Source: Felis catus (lineage: Eukaryota). Taken from it: a DNA stretch of 64,000 nucleotides. The first letter of the stretch is position 1. Each line of letters opens with the position of its first letter. The stretch spans positions 70,494,001 through 70,558,000 of the forward strand of contig NC_058376.1 of NCBI RefSeq assembly GCF_018350175.1, read 5' to 3'. A program made the position numbers and the translations under genes. Shown piece after piece: positions 12,640 to 25,781 of the stretch. Below the pieces are notes generated by a model. That model was not told the DNA's origin. It ran no database searches and was given only the letters and a program-made list of their open reading frames with translations.

Positions 12640-12812
12640 GGGGTGCCTGGGTGGCTCAATTAAGTGTCTGACTTCAGCTCAGCTCATGATCTCACAGTTT
12701 GTGAGTTTAAGCCCCACATCGGGCTCTCTGCTGTCAGCCTAGAGCCCATTTTGGATCTTCTGTCCCCCTCTCTCTCTGTCCCTCTGCCTCCCAAAATGAA
12801 CATTTAAAAAAG
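12640..12812 (+). mobile_element. CanSINE
   Basis: TSD AGAGTA(G/A)TGCAAATCACA. Confidence 0.92.
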
Positions 12813-12914
12813 AGAGAGAGAGTAATGCAAATCACAAGGATCCTGAGATGTCATTTCTCACTATACAACTAGCAAAAAGTCACATTTGACAATGAACTGT
12901 GATTGCTAATAATG

Positions 12915-13438
12915 TGGTACCTGGGACCAGAGTGCAAATGGCAGTCCTCACACACGATGTCCAAATATGTATAAGTATAAACCAAGCTAACAAACAGTTA
13001 AAGCAAATATGTTCTATCTTCCTTCCTTTGCAAACACACCTTTAGGACAATGGGGAAGACCAGGTTCAAGTTTAGAATTGTTGTTCTCCTCAGGGTTCTT
13101 CAGTAGAGGATGGCCACATACAGCCGCCAGCTCCTAGCCCACCTCCTACCCTTCCCAGACCATACTGTGGGGGCCTCACACCTACATGTGGACTCCTGCC
13201 CATACCCAGGTCCTAAAAGGACAGGCCCAGGGAAGGGGCCCTTGCAGACCCTGGATGTGGGTTGTGGGACATCCGGGCAGAGAATTCCAGGCAAGAGTGC
13301 AAATGGTCCAGTGCAGCACATGTACACCATCCAGAAGAGGGGTCTGGGATCCAGTGGGCATGTCCCCTTGATCTCATGAACTCCTTATCAAGGACCAGAA
13401 CCCAGAACAGAGTCTATAAAGCAGGGTCTTTTGGCCTG
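12915..13438 (+). mobile_element. MER115-like hAT-Tip100 DNA transposon relic
   Basis: TATAAACCAAGCTAACAAACAGTTAAA..ATATGTTCTATC and GGGCAGAGAATTCC..GGGCATGTCCCCTTG match the recalled MER115 consensus. Confidence 0.7.
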
Positions 13439-14800
13439 AATCTAAGAGTGATGCTGACTGTCAGGAAGCAGGAACTGTTATACATTCCTGGTAGAAATAA
13501 CAAAAATCATACAAATTCTATGAAAGGTGTCTTGACAATATCTATTAAAATTAAAAATACATTTTGTTGCAGCAAACCTACAGATATACCTGCACATTAA
13601 ATAATTACACACACATACACAACATTATTCCTTGTAGCACTGTTTACTGAAAGCCACACATGGGTCAATCCATAGGAAACTAGATAAAACTATGGTCTAT
13701 CCACCCAATGGAAAAAGAATGAAAAAGTTTTCTTGACATACATATGAAAAGTTGGACTTCCAAGTTATAGTAAATGAAGAAAAGCAAGGTATAGAACCAC
13801 GTTAGAACACTATAGTTGTATAAAAAAATAGAGAGGATTCATAAAAAAAAACTAATAAAAACAGCTACTGATAGGGCATGGGTGCTGGTGAAGAAAGAGA
13901 TAATAAAAGAGTCATGATAGGAGCAAAAATTCTCAATGTATACCTTTTATATCTTTCTTAGTTTTGAGCCCTGTGTATACATTACCTAATAAAAATACAT
14001 GAAATTAAAGTAAAAGAAAAGGCATATACCACATAGAAGGTACAGAGATGAGAGTCAGTGCTCCCATCCAGCCCATGCTGGCTGATGGGTCAGAAGTGGA
14101 GGATGGTAAGGTGACCCTACCCGAGAGGGGTCTGGGGTGGGAAGGGGTTGGGGGAGGGTCTCTGTGGTGCTCCAATAAGACAGAAATGAACTCTTTCTCA
14201 GTAAACCACATTATTGGGAAGTAGGGTTCTCTCTCTCTAACTCTATTTCTCTTTTGTCATCGCTTAGGTTTTAGGAATGTCTCATTCTATCATTTCGTGA
14301 TTCAACCAAGCTATATTCTATCGGTGAGAGTTTGAGCCATGAAGACTGACAGGAGGCCCAGAGGCCCGAGGTATGGGAAATCATCCTACAGCAACCCCAA
14401 AGGAAAGGCAAAAATCAAGGGCAGAGTTTGAGCTGCAAGGTCCAGCTCCCCTCCTCACCAAGAGATTTTTTCTTCTATGCTGAACTGAGAGGATCCCAAA
14501 TTTATTTTTATGAAAGGATGTGACACTCCCTTTCCCTGTTGCTCAGGGTCCAAGATGCCATTCTGTCAGTTAGCTAACCCAGTGCCAAGGGGTTCTGGTG
14601 GCTATGACATTGACAGATGGTTTGTCCAACTGGCTCCACCCTAAGGCTGCCAGAGGACAGGAGAGAACAACTCTGCATTCTCATTTCTCCCACTCTGGAG
14701 AACTTGACCACTGGCTCTAATCGGAGAGACTTAAGCAATTTATTGGCTGATAATCTGGTTCGCAGCAAAATGTACATTTCTCAAAAAAAGGATCACTCAC

Positions 14801-14947
14801 CCCTTTCCCCAGACAGGCCAGTGTGGGAATCACTTTCTCCTGGGCAATGCACTGCAGGATCCGGGGGGCTCCATAGAGTCCTCCCATACAGGAGGCCAGA
14901 GATGAGATGTATAAGCCCAAAAGGAACAGGAAGCCCACCAGGGACAC
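14801..14947 (-). CDS. SLC12A8: SLC12A8 coding exon (likely exon 9), 147 nt, phase 0-0: [49 protein letters not shown]
   Basis: Contains the CCC TM8 motif SSLAS..G.L.GAPRILQ. Acceptor CTTCCTTATATAG|GTG, donor GGG|GTGAGT. Confidence 0.97.
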
Positions 14948-15149
14948 CTATATAAGGAAGCAATTTCATTACCCAATGCCAGAATATGCTTGTCCCTTTC
15001 TGTTCCCTAGCACCATCTGCACCCCATCGATCATTAGTCCTCTAGATTCAGCCTCTCGGATATATTTCCAATATTCCCAACTCCATCCCATTTCATTCAT
15101 ACTGCCACTATTTCAGTTTGGCTCACCATCACCTCTTGTATGGACAACA

Positions 15150-15335
15150 TAGGGTTCTCAAATTGAGCGTGCATCAGTCTCAGCTAGAGGGCTTGTTAAA
15201 ATACGGATTTTTGATCCCCACCTCAGAGTTTCTGATTAAGCAGTTCTAGGGAAGAGCCCAAGAATTTGGATTTCTAAAAAGTTCCCAGTTGATGCTGATG
15301 CTGAGGGTCTGGGGACCACACTTTGAGAACCACTG
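15150..15335. mobile_element. MER5A MITE, inside an L2 fragment (~15030-15800)
   Basis: GGTTCTCAAA...GGACCACACTTTGAGAACCACTG termini. Confidence 0.85.
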
Positions 15336-16279
15336 GCCAACTGGCCTCCTGCCTCTACGTTCTGTCCACTCTGAATTATCCCCAAGCCTCTGCCAGAGTG
15401 ACGTCTCTAAACTCAAACTCGATCATAATGTCACTGCCATAACAATATCAATGGCTTCCCAACACCCTGACATTCTCGGCCCCTTCCTGGTCTGTGACCT
15501 TTGTAGCCCCATACCCCACACACTCAGAGTCTTTGTCAGAATGTTTCCCTGCCAGCTAACACCCTCTGTCCACTCCTAATCCACTCATTGTCTGTCTGTT
15601 AAACCCAGTTGTGCTTCAAGACTCAGCACAAACCTCCTTTCCTCCATGAGGCCTTCCCCAAGCCCCTCACAGCAGCGGCTGCTCCTCAGGACCCCATAGC
15701 ACCTCAGTGTAAGGTGAGTAGCACCCTCCCACACAAGTGGTCCCAGAGGCCTCATTTCTGCAGGGCCCCTATCTTGTTCATGCTAGTATCCGTGCCAACA
15801 CAGAGCTTCGAACGCTGAAGGAATGAATGAGCTCCATGACCCACATGGCCCACAAATCACCAACAGATAGACTAAGAGAGGGCACAGTTGTTCTGCTGGA
15901 TGTTGACTTGCAAAGATCAGTGCTACTGGCCATGCAGCTGTGTCACAGGCTATCAGGAACTGCCCCCCCCCCCCCCCGCCCCGTCCCTGCCCTGAGCTGG
16001 ACCTCATCTGTACCCAGCGGGAAGTCTGTTTTCTGATTATTTGAGATGCCCATCTCCATTCTACTTTACCATAGGCACAGCGGCCAGAACTGTATGTTCC
16101 AAATGCTCATTTGTCCAAATGTCACAGATGGGGTCATCTTAATTTGCATGGTTTTGTCACACCCTTCATGATGAAGATTCTCCACCTCACTTTTTATGTC
16201 CTTGCCTTGTCAGTTCACTGGGTCAGTGGCATCAAGCTACATGGAATACTAGTCCATGGCTAGACCTCTTTCCTGGCTC

Positions 16280-16735
16280 ATAAATTATCACAGGAAACCT
16301 GCATCAGCCAGGATTCCTGATTAGAAACAAAATACTTTTAAAAGAATATATTTGCAGGACCCTGGAGGTTCACAGAATCATCACGAAGCTGAAAGATCAT
16401 GCTCAGAAAGGGCAAGACCGAAGCCTGGAGGCACAAGCTGGACTCTGGAATGGGAACAGTTTGACCAGGATGCTACCAGCACCCTGTTTCCCTGCAGATG
16501 AATTCCCACTAACCCTTCACTGTTGTCCCATTTATTACACTTGGAGCATCTGATGGGTCTAAGCTAGGTCACATGCCCTACTTAGGCCACAAAGGGGCAG
16601 GCAAGAGAGCGTCTTGTCCTTCGGGCTTCTGTACTATTAATATTAAGTGGGGCTCATCACTCCCTCCAAGATCAGATATAGGTGGAATAACCCCCAAATG
16701 GTCAGGGATGCCAGGGGCCTGATAAACATAACTCA
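16280..16735. mobile_element. MLT1-type LTR relic
   Basis: GGAGCATCTGATGGGTCTAAGCTAGGTCACATGCC motif. Confidence 0.5.
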
Positions 16736-16927
16736 GGTCCACTGCAGAGCCTAACTTGAACTTCATTTCAGTGTGGATTACTTTTCCCTAAATGTGTTAC
16801 CTCATCTTATCCCCAGAATCTCTCATGTCTATTTTCTTCATTATCACAGGTGTCTATGTCTATTCTACCCCCACACTTCTTATCATTTTATAACTAGAAG
16901 AAATTAATATCATCTAATGTTTATCCC

Positions 16928-17137
16928 TTTTTTTTAAGTTTATTTATTTTTAGAGAGACAGAGAGACAGAGGGACTGGGCGAGGGGCGCAGAGAGAGTAG
17001 GAAAGAGAGAATCCCAAGCAGGCTCCATGCTGTCAGCGCAGAGCCCAACGTGGGACTTGAACTCACAAAACCGCAAGATCATGACCTGAGCCAAAACCAA
17101 GTCAGATGCTTAACCAACTGAGCCACCCAAGCGCCCC
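16928..17137 (-). mobile_element. CanSINE
   Basis: Reverse SINE consensus. Confidence 0.92.
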
Positions 17138-17544
17138 TCCCATCACTCTATTTGTATATTCTGACAGCATTTGTAATTTCCACCCTAGGTTGTAGTCCAT
17201 TACACTCATGACTTATCTTGCAGTGCAACATAAGCTCCTGTGTCTCATGCATCTTGCCCCTGCCCCTGCCCCACCACACCTAACAGTCTGGCAAACAGGC
17301 TCAGCACATGCCCATGGAATTCATGAAGCTTCACGACTTCACTGTGACTCGTTCCCTGGATGCCTCACAAAATTGGCAGATAAACTGGCTCCATTATCAA
17401 TCTCTGATCCATTCTGAGATGCAATCCTTCACTTCTAACCTTTGTTTCTGTCTTCTTGACCAAATGCATCCTGTATTTGCTGGTTTTAAAAATACATAAA
17501 CTCCATGATGAAATTTTATCAAAAGCTTTATAGAAAATCTAATT

Positions 17545-17683
17545 AGTAGTTCTCTGATCTGGCTATACCTAAGAATCACTGCAGAAGTTTTGCTTTATGA
17601 GTGTAGGGTGGGGCACAGACATCCTTGATGTTTCCGAAACCCTCCAGGTGATTCTAATGCACAGCCAGGGTAGAGAACCACTG
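17545..17683. mobile_element. MER5-family MITE
   Basis: CTCCAGGTGATTCTAATGCACAGCCAGGGTAGAGAACCACTG. Confidence 0.7.
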
Positions 17684-18094
17684 GGCAAGGTGCATTGTAC
17701 CCACCACGATGTCCTTTCAGAGAATTCTCCAGGAGACGTAGGCATGGTATCTCCTTGCAGAAACTGTATTGCTTCTTATCCAAAAGATTATATATATTTA
17801 TGTTAAAAAAAATTTTTTTTATTGAAAGCCTGTCCATTTACTCAGATTGGAAATGAAATTCCCTAATCTGGCTTCCTCCTAGTGTGGGGCTGACCCAGGA
17901 GCTGGAGTCTCTGGCACCAGGATGCCCATCTTTGGCCAGCCTTCCCACAAACACTCCCTGGGATTCCTGCAGGACCTTTGGGCTAGGGGTAGGAGAGGGG
18001 ACTGTCCAGGTATAGTGACTTGTTATGCCCAGTGTATCAACTGTGTTTACAATGGTCTGTTCACTTGATAATCCTTTTATATAAAATTTTTATT

Positions 18095-18304
18095 GGGGTG
18101 CCTAGGTGGCCCAGTTGGTTAAGCGTCTGACTCCGGCTCATGATCTCACAGTTCTGAGTTTGAGCCCCGCATCAGGCTCTCAGCTGTCAGTATGGAGCCC
18201 ACTTTGGATCCTCTGTCCCCCTCTCTCTCTGCTTCTCCCCGGTTTTCTCGCTCTCTCTCTCTCTCTCTCTCAAAAATAAATAAATATTTAAAACAACAAA
18301 AAAA
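18095..18304 (+). mobile_element. CanSINE
   Basis: SINE head, (CT)n and AATAAA tail. Confidence 0.92.
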
Positions 18305-21300
18305 CCTATTATTCTGGTTATTCTGTCAATTTTGCTGAAAAATGAAGTGTCTCATGTCTGGATGAATTATAAAAGCTCCATTCTATTTCTCTCTCCCATG
18401 TGCATCCTATTTTGTCCCCTCTATCTGCCATCCATCCATCCTTGGAAGCATTCACTGAGGACAGGTTATGTACCTGGCACAGTGCTGGGCACAGGGTAAG
18501 ACTTTTGAGGCACAGCAGGAAACCACACAGCTTTGCTCCCAGCCCTTGGAGAATTTAATCACTGTCTCTATTCATACAGAACTACAGACTTGCTAACTGT
18601 GCCAGTGGAGATGGAAGTGAGCATTTATTTGAGCAGATGTGTGTCAACAGTTCTTTATGGGGGGAAAAAATCACCCCTCTGTCATACACCTGTTTGAGCC
18701 ATCACAAAAAATTCTGTCTTTCCAACATATTATCTGAGGTGGGAACTACCCTAATTTCTTTCCTCAGTAACTACTGATAAAAATCATAATTCCACCTCTC
18801 TGCTTTTCATATTATATCCCAACTCCCATTGGAGCTTCACTAAGAAATCCCACCTATCCACTGGCTGCTCCCTTCTCCTGAAGGATTGGATTCAAAGTCA
18901 TTTGCAGGGTGCTCATTCTGCCTCATCCAATTCCTATGTGCCCTTGATGTTACTCAGGAGTATATCCTGAAACCCTTTATAATCCCAAATTGCCTCACAG
19001 TCCCCTAGTTTTCTCTCACATCAGACATGAGTTTTCTAATACGGACCTTACACCACAAAATGACCAACAACTCAACTTTCAGTCAAGTTTTCTCTCTCGC
19101 TTCGTAGCCATTTTCCATCAGGAAATAAAGATGGCTTCACTTCCCGAGAGGCAGTTCCGTGTCCGTGATGGGGAGCAGAGGGCAGCCAGGATGGGCTGGA
19201 TGGTGGATACTCAACAGCTGGCGAGGCTCCTTCACCAGCCGAGGGCCCTGCCCCACCCCATCTTGCCAAGCACAGCCTGTACCCTGGGCACTCAAGGTCC
19301 CTCTTGAATACATGAAACCATGACTGCCAAATCTATGGATACCTCATTTTTAACAAAGATACTTTTGGGGTACTTTTCCTACTTAGTTTGTTCTTATTTT
19401 GCTAGATAGCAAGCTCCAGTCTTCCTAAAGTACCTGGTCTTTTGGATGTTAATAAACATTTTTTTTCCCTGAACTGTATACAAGTTTATTCTGAAACAAT
19501 TATTTAATCTGTTCAGTTTTACCCCTACTAATAACTGATCTTTATACAACTCCTTTTCTATAACTGAATAATATTGGGATTGATATTAGGACTGACTTTT
19601 TTTTTTTTCCTATCCTGCTAAATATGCTGGATTTGTAGGGGGAAAAAATATGCCCCATCTATAAGGTTATCCCCATAAGTAGTGTACAGAGGAGTCCAAA
19701 TTTAATAAGCACCTACTATGTACCAAGTATTGTGCTTTACATAGATTACCTCAGAGCCACCACAACGTACTAAAGGTTTTTTAGAAAGTGTAACACTACA
19801 GAGACTAACACCCAAAAGCCAGGGAAAAGTTTCGGTGGGGCATGGATATAAAACAAAAAAGAAACTTCTTAGAGAAACTGTAGGCTGGGAAGCCAAATAA
19901 TTAGAAATAGATCTGAGAAGCTGCCGGAAACCCAAAAAGAAACAGATGAACTGACCAGCTGCAGAAAGAAGGCCAGGGCGGCCAGCAGCCATTGAAGGTA
20001 AGTGTTCTGGCAGAAAGCACCCGACAGAAAGACAGAGACGTGCCCTGAGGAGCTTTGAGAGAACCAGCACCAAGGGGAGCATCCTGGAGGCCTGCCCTGG
20101 TCTGTGCCTGAAGGGGAGACCCTCAGGACACACAGACCAGACTGAGGAGGATTTGCTTCCGCGGGGGCCAGAAGAGCTCAGAGACGGGCTGGCTCAGAAC
20201 CCAGGCCATAGCTAAGACACGAAACCGGATGAACAGTTCACTAAAACCAGGTGAGGGTGGTGAGCTGGGTCAAGTAACCACGTGGGACACTGTACACCTA
20301 TACCCTTCCATTCTCCAGGCAGTGCTAATAAAGTGGTTTGTGGCCCAGCTCACTGCCTGAGTATGTGCCTGCTACTGCAGCTGAGTCAGTCCCAAGGAGG
20401 AACACCGAAAGCCAAAAGGAGGAAAGCCAAGGTTCAAGGCTTCGAGGGGGGGAAGTCCTGTGTGATCCCCTTTGTAGGGGTGGGGGGAGGCTTTGGGGAG
20501 CAGCAGCACACCAGAGTGCTGCCACTTTAGAGTTGCCCTGGCGGGTTCTGTCCCTGTTGACCTACTTGCTGTGCCAGCCCCTGTTTGCTGCTGAGAACCA
20601 AGAACAGTATCTTTCCTTTCTTTTAGGTTTTACAACTGTCTATTCTAAGACACAGTCTATTCCTCTCCAAAAAATGAACTCTCCACCTCTCATCCTGATG
20701 TGTGCACAATGTCATTCCCACAGATCGTTGCCAAGCACGGTTTAGCAGGTGCCCCCAGCTGGCTAAATGCTTGCCTACCTGTTCAATGTCTGGGACAGGT
20801 GGCATTCCAAGCAAGCTTCCCCAGTTCATGTGTCTATTATTAACAGTGGGATTTCCACCCACAAAGGCTTTCCCGTGCTGTCCATGGAGATGTTTTTACT
20901 TTCTCATTGTAGCCTTCCTTGGATACAGGCTGCCTCCCATCCCACATACCTGTTTTTAGTTCTTTCTGCAAAGGAGGGGAAGGAGGGAGAGAGAGGAGCC
21001 CCAGACCAGGGGATAATTTGCTGTGTTCCATCCAGGTAAGAGCCTCAAATGGTTGAAAGGACCTCTGTGAGGGAATCTACTAGAAACAAACCAGCTTTAG
21101 AGGCAGGCGGAGCTAGCCAGCTAGCTAGCCACTGGCAAGTTGCAGACAGCAGCAGGCAGATTCCCCAGGTCAAAGGATCAGCTGTTCCCTGAGGCCTTTA
21201 ATTCCTCTGATGCAGCCAAGCTTTTCATTCCACAATTAGAGAAAAGGCCCCTTGAAGGTGAAATTCAAGATGGAAGCACGCATACAGTTAAACATGAGGG

Positions 21301-22470
21301 CTGTAGATTCCTTCCCTGAGAGCAAACCTCTCTCTGGGGGTTTAAGACCTTGGTCCCTGGAAGTGGGGTGACAGTCCTCTCATTACCTGAGCAGCTCCCC
21401 TCTTTTAAAACCTGCTTTCATGGTCAAGTCAAGACCCCTGAAAACATAAGTCATCTTTACATCGTGGCCTACGTATCTTAAAAAGAAACATGTGCTAATG
21501 TGGAAACCAAGCCCAAGAGTAGCTCAGAAGAGAAAGTTCAGAGTTTTCTGCCCCAGGCTGCCCCAAGGAGTGGCCAGTGGCCCTCCATGAAGACCAGCAA
21601 AGTAGCTTTTGCCGAGCCTCACACCAGGAGAAAATGGTACTTTCTCCCAAAATAGGAGCAGAAACACTCGGAAGTTAACTAAGAAAACTTTCCTAGCCTA
21701 CTACATTTCTCTGATAACTAACAGGAATCTCAGGGTCCACTCATCCTCTAGGAACTTAAGGGAAGGTAGGAGTTTTTGGGGATTTCCAGAAAAGCGTATG
21801 GGAATCTTATTCTCCTAGGTTCTAGAGATGCCAAATGAGTGTCCTTGACTGTCACACGACCTCTATCCTGTAAAGGGCAGCTGTGGAACGTGAGGAATTT
21901 GCTAACCTTCTGGCAGGCGGCGTGTACAGCTCTTGAAACAAAGATATTACGGCCAGATCAACCCCAGCCCACCCCTGGGAGAGAACACAGAGTCAAGGTC
22001 CTCAGAGGGCAAGGCGGGCCTCGCCCTGGTGTTCTGGACTCCATCCACTTAGCTGCCTCTTTTCTGTCCATCAGCCTCCTCCTTTTACCGGCTTCCTTAG
22101 AGCAGCACTTTCTGCTCATGGTAGGAGGTGAGGCTTTTGGCAAAAGTGAAGGACTGGTTGAGCAAGGGATTTTTGCTGATGGTATCCTTTGTTTCTGTCC
22201 TGATTTCTGACATGAAGAGATGGTTGTGTTCTGTTGTGTAGTCACCTGCATGTAAGTGCCTTTCCAGGGGCTGGTATCTGTTTCTAGGGATCTATAAGAA
22301 AAACCTCTACCTTTTCCATATTTTTGCCCTTCTTCCCCTGCTGCTTCAGCCCTGGGCCCAAGACTCTCTGGATTCCTGGGCGGGGCTGCAAGAGGGAGGT
22401 AGCCATTTGTTATGGGAGCAAATAAACGAACCAGCAGACTGAGCCCTTCAGCCGTGCTGGACTCACCCAC

Positions 22471-22558
22471 CTTTTCCGCTATCAGGAAGTCATAGCGAAG
22501 GGCCTCTCGGGTGCAGACAGCGCCCAGCAGGAAGACAAATACGATGTACAGAAACCAC
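22471..22558 (-). CDS. SLC12A8: SLC12A8 coding exon (likely exon 8), 88 nt: (S)WFLYIVFVFLLGAVCTREALRYDFLIAEK
   Basis: Hydrophobic TM segment matching SLC12A8. Acceptor GGTTTTTTGCAG|G, donor AAG|GTGGGT. Phase 2 to 0, consistent with neighbours. Confidence 0.96.
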
Positions 22559-24084
22559 CTGCAAAAAACCCCAAGAGTGGAGCAGAGCTACATCCCTGAC
22601 TTCGGCCAACCCCATCCCAACCCACCCCACTCAGCCCCTGGGTCCCATGGGGACTTGTCTCAGAAGGAAAGAGAAAGGCCAGTCATAAAGCCTCCCTCGC
22701 TTGTCTGAGGGGGCTTTCAGTACTCTTTCTCCTCTAGCATCTCTTGCCAAAAAAGTGTATCATTGTTTTGTCTCTGACATCAAAGAAGAAAAACACACAA
22801 AGTGTATCGGGAGTGGGGAGCGAGAGGCCCCACTGACCTCTAGGTTGCCGGGACTCAGGCAGGGTTGACGGGCAACCCCCCAACCCCCCCCTTCGTACCC
22901 CTGAAGAACAAGTACGTGATCTTTCAGGCTTCTGGGTCCTGCTGTTCCTTGGATCCCAGATGATAGAGAGCCGAGCCAAGTGTGAAAAGGGCAGCAGTGA
23001 CCTGGCTCTGCCCCCAGGCACCCTGTGACCTTGAAAAAGTCACATGATCCCCGCAGCCTCATTCCCATCTGGGCAGTGAGAGGATGGGCCAGAGGTTTCT
23101 CCAGGGGCCTCCCAGCTATGACCTCCAAATGAGGCAGGGTTCTTTCTTCTCTTTCCTTCCCAACACCCCATGTATGCTCTGTTGTCTCCATTCTCTTCCC
23201 CACGCACAGCCATATTGAGCACAAAATAGACTGAAGTGATGGTGCCACTATAATAAGCTAAGAGCACAGTCAGCATTTGTGAATATTTTAACAATATCAT
23301 GGTTGAAATAATACGGGCACTTTTAACTTCTCAAGACATTGTCATGTCTACCCAGTGAAGGCAGAGAAGCTTCTTTCTGTAGTACTGAGAATAAAACAGA
23401 AGATTCTAGAAGGTCAGAAGCAGACCCGAGGCCACTCAGTTTGCTCCTGTGGGTGGCACAGTGTGAATTAAAACCCAGGGAGCCTGACAGCCTTGGAGAG
23501 GTGCAGGGGAGGCAGGCTGGGTGAGGACGGTTGGGGGGGGGGGCGGCTGGTAAGGAGAGCCTGCTATGTGTCTTTACACACAGTATCTGCTCCACAGTCT
23601 CTGGGGCACACATATTCTCATTATCTCTACTTTCCAAGAAAGGAAACAGAGGCTCAGAGAACCAAGTAAAATGCTCAAAATCACACAGCCCCCCAGCAGC
23701 AGAGCTGGGATAGAAATCCCAACATGTCTGACTGCAAAACTCTTCACCTTTAAATTCCTCCCAACGATCCTGGAAAACCAATGGTTAAAAAAATCCCCAA
23801 GTTCAAAATGGAAGTGGGGGAGGAGGAGGGGCAGGAGGCTGAGGAGAAAGGAAAGAAAGGATTCCTCCTCCTCCCGCATTCCCAGGCAGGGGGTATGAAA
23901 GGGCAAGCGTCTGAACCCACCAGACGTGAATTTTCCAGCCCGCTGAGTGTTAAAAGGAGAACTGGAATATGAAATAGATTGGCCACAGTTGGGGCACTCT
24001 CAGAACAAAAGGGGCAATCCCCTCTTTTGCCTGGGGTTTTCTCTCCCTCTCTCCAGCTGATTGCCATGAGGGGAACTTACTTAC

Positions 24085-24172
24085 GAGATGCCAACAGCTG
24101 CTATGGAGCCCAGGGGGATGCTGGCAGCGGGCTCCCTGAGGTCACCCCCCATGTTGAAACCAGCCATGACTC
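24085..24172 (-). CDS. SLC12A8: SLC12A8 coding exon (likely exon 7), 88 nt: (G)VMAGFNMGGDLREPAASIPLGSIAAVGI(S)
   Basis: Contains the CCC signature G.N.xGDL..P..SIP.G. Acceptor TCTTTCAG|GA, donor TC|GTAAGT. Not shown in this frame in the ORF track; translated by hand. Confidence 0.96.
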
Positions 24173-25069
24173 CTGAAAGACACCCAGACAGGGGAGAGGG
24201 GTGAGCAGCGAACTCCACTCCATGAATCGCCTTCTCTTCATCAGGGCCCTCTCCTGGAAGCTATCCCACGGCAAGCCCTTCCATCTGCAGTTCTGGCAAC
24301 TGAGCTTCTCAATCTCCCCTGGCAACTAGGGAGGCATCCGTGAGGCATGAATGGGACCTTTGTGGATTGGATGATGCTTGGGAGGAAAGCCCTGCTGGCC
24401 ACAAAAGCATCTTATGGTGCAGTGCAAAGTAATGAGGGTGAGTGAGGCAGCTGGCAGGCTGCACAAAGGTCCTGTGGCCACATACTGAGCTCTGCCTCTA
24501 CCCACCCGCCCCCCCCCCCGCCCCCGCCAATTCCCTGGGGAGACTCAGCCTTAGCAAAGCACCTGCTTTCCCCTCTTCAGCAGAGTTCCTTGCTTCTGCT
24601 TCCCACTGACTACACTGGGGTTCAGGTGTCCTGGGGGGCAGGTTGCATCCAACAGCCAGAGCCAGAGACCAAAGGGCTCTAAGCAAGTTCTAAAGAACAA
24701 TCCTGAGAACAGTCTAAAGAACTGAGTCACAAACTCCTCTTCATTATTGCCTCTATTCCCCAACCACACTCATGAGAAGTCATAAATTAGTCATGATGGG
24801 GAGGGAGGGCAGTGTGGGATGGGGAGGGGGGACATCGCCTCTGTCCATGCTCACACACAGAAGAATGCAACAGATGATGTGTTCTGAACATCAAAAGTAG
24901 GTCCAGCCCACAAGTGCTTTATAAGTCCTGGTCAGGAAAGTTTCACAAAGGGGTGGGTGCATCTCCAATGTGGCCTTGCAGGAAGATTTACATGGGCTTA
25001 GGGACAGAGCTGGGTCTAACCCCATCATTATGGATTTATGAACACTTTCATCCTGCCAGTGCCTGTGCT

Positions 25070-25270
25070 AATGCTTTCCATGCATTTTTTATTTTGCTTT
25101 ATCCTCACAACAATCACATCAGAAAAGTAGAATTATTTCCCCCATTTTATAGAAAAGGAAACTAGTGATCAGAGAGGTTAATTAAAATAGCCGGAGGTCA
25201 CACATTTAGTAAGTGGGAAAGCTAGGATTCAACCTCAGTCACTCTGACTCTGAAAATTATGCTCTTACCA
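25070..25270 (-). mobile_element. MIR
   Basis: ATCCTCACAACAA..TTCCCCATTTTATAGAAAAGGAAACT..AGAGAGGTTAA..AGGATTCAACC. Confidence 0.75.
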
Positions 25271-25781
25271 ACCCCCCACCCTCTATAATGCTTGTTGGGG
25301 GAGTTCAGGTGAAATGGAGTGAGGTGAAGGTATGGAACCAGGGAGCTAATGAGGGCCTATTTCAAAGGGTGCCCTGAATGGGGGCCCCACACTGGGACTG
25401 AACATGGGTTGACCAGCAATTAATTCCACGACTGGAACTTTATCCTCAGTAAATGGTCAAGGATATGAGTACAGATGTAGCCAAAAATGTTTATAAATGC
25501 TTGTCTATAATAGTGAAAATGAGAAGGAACCTAATGTCTACAAGTAAGGGATTGGTTCAATAAGTGATGATATGTCTTTCAGTAAATACCAGGGCTCTGT
25601 GTTATCAGAGATATGTTGTGACATGGAAAGATATTCAAAAGCTATTGTTTCATTTTCAGATGCATATTAGAAAACATATATGGCATGATCCCATTGTTGT
25701 AAAAAAAAAAAAGGCAACAGATAAATTTATGCATAGGGAAAAAAAAAGGAACCAGGACATGTTTTAAAAATGTTAACAATG

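Larger units (their letters stand above)
10860..14005 (+). mobile_element. Old L1M 3' fragments (ORF2 end/3'UTR) interrupted by MER58B, SINEs and MER115
   Basis: AAGGAAATGCAAATTGAAACCA and CCCAAATTGGAAACAACCCAAATGTCCATCAACAG motifs. At least two separate L1 pieces. Confidence 0.75.

Noticed and set aside
19800-20700. Possible ancient LTR relics here and at ~30780-31020
   Set aside because: Composition is suggestive, but I could not match a family or termini.
21958-22470. 170-aa minus-strand ORF immediately after an exon
   Set aside because: It starts at the intron's GT donor (GTG read as start) and has no homology cues. Intron retention would extend the exon frame through it, but nothing supports that.
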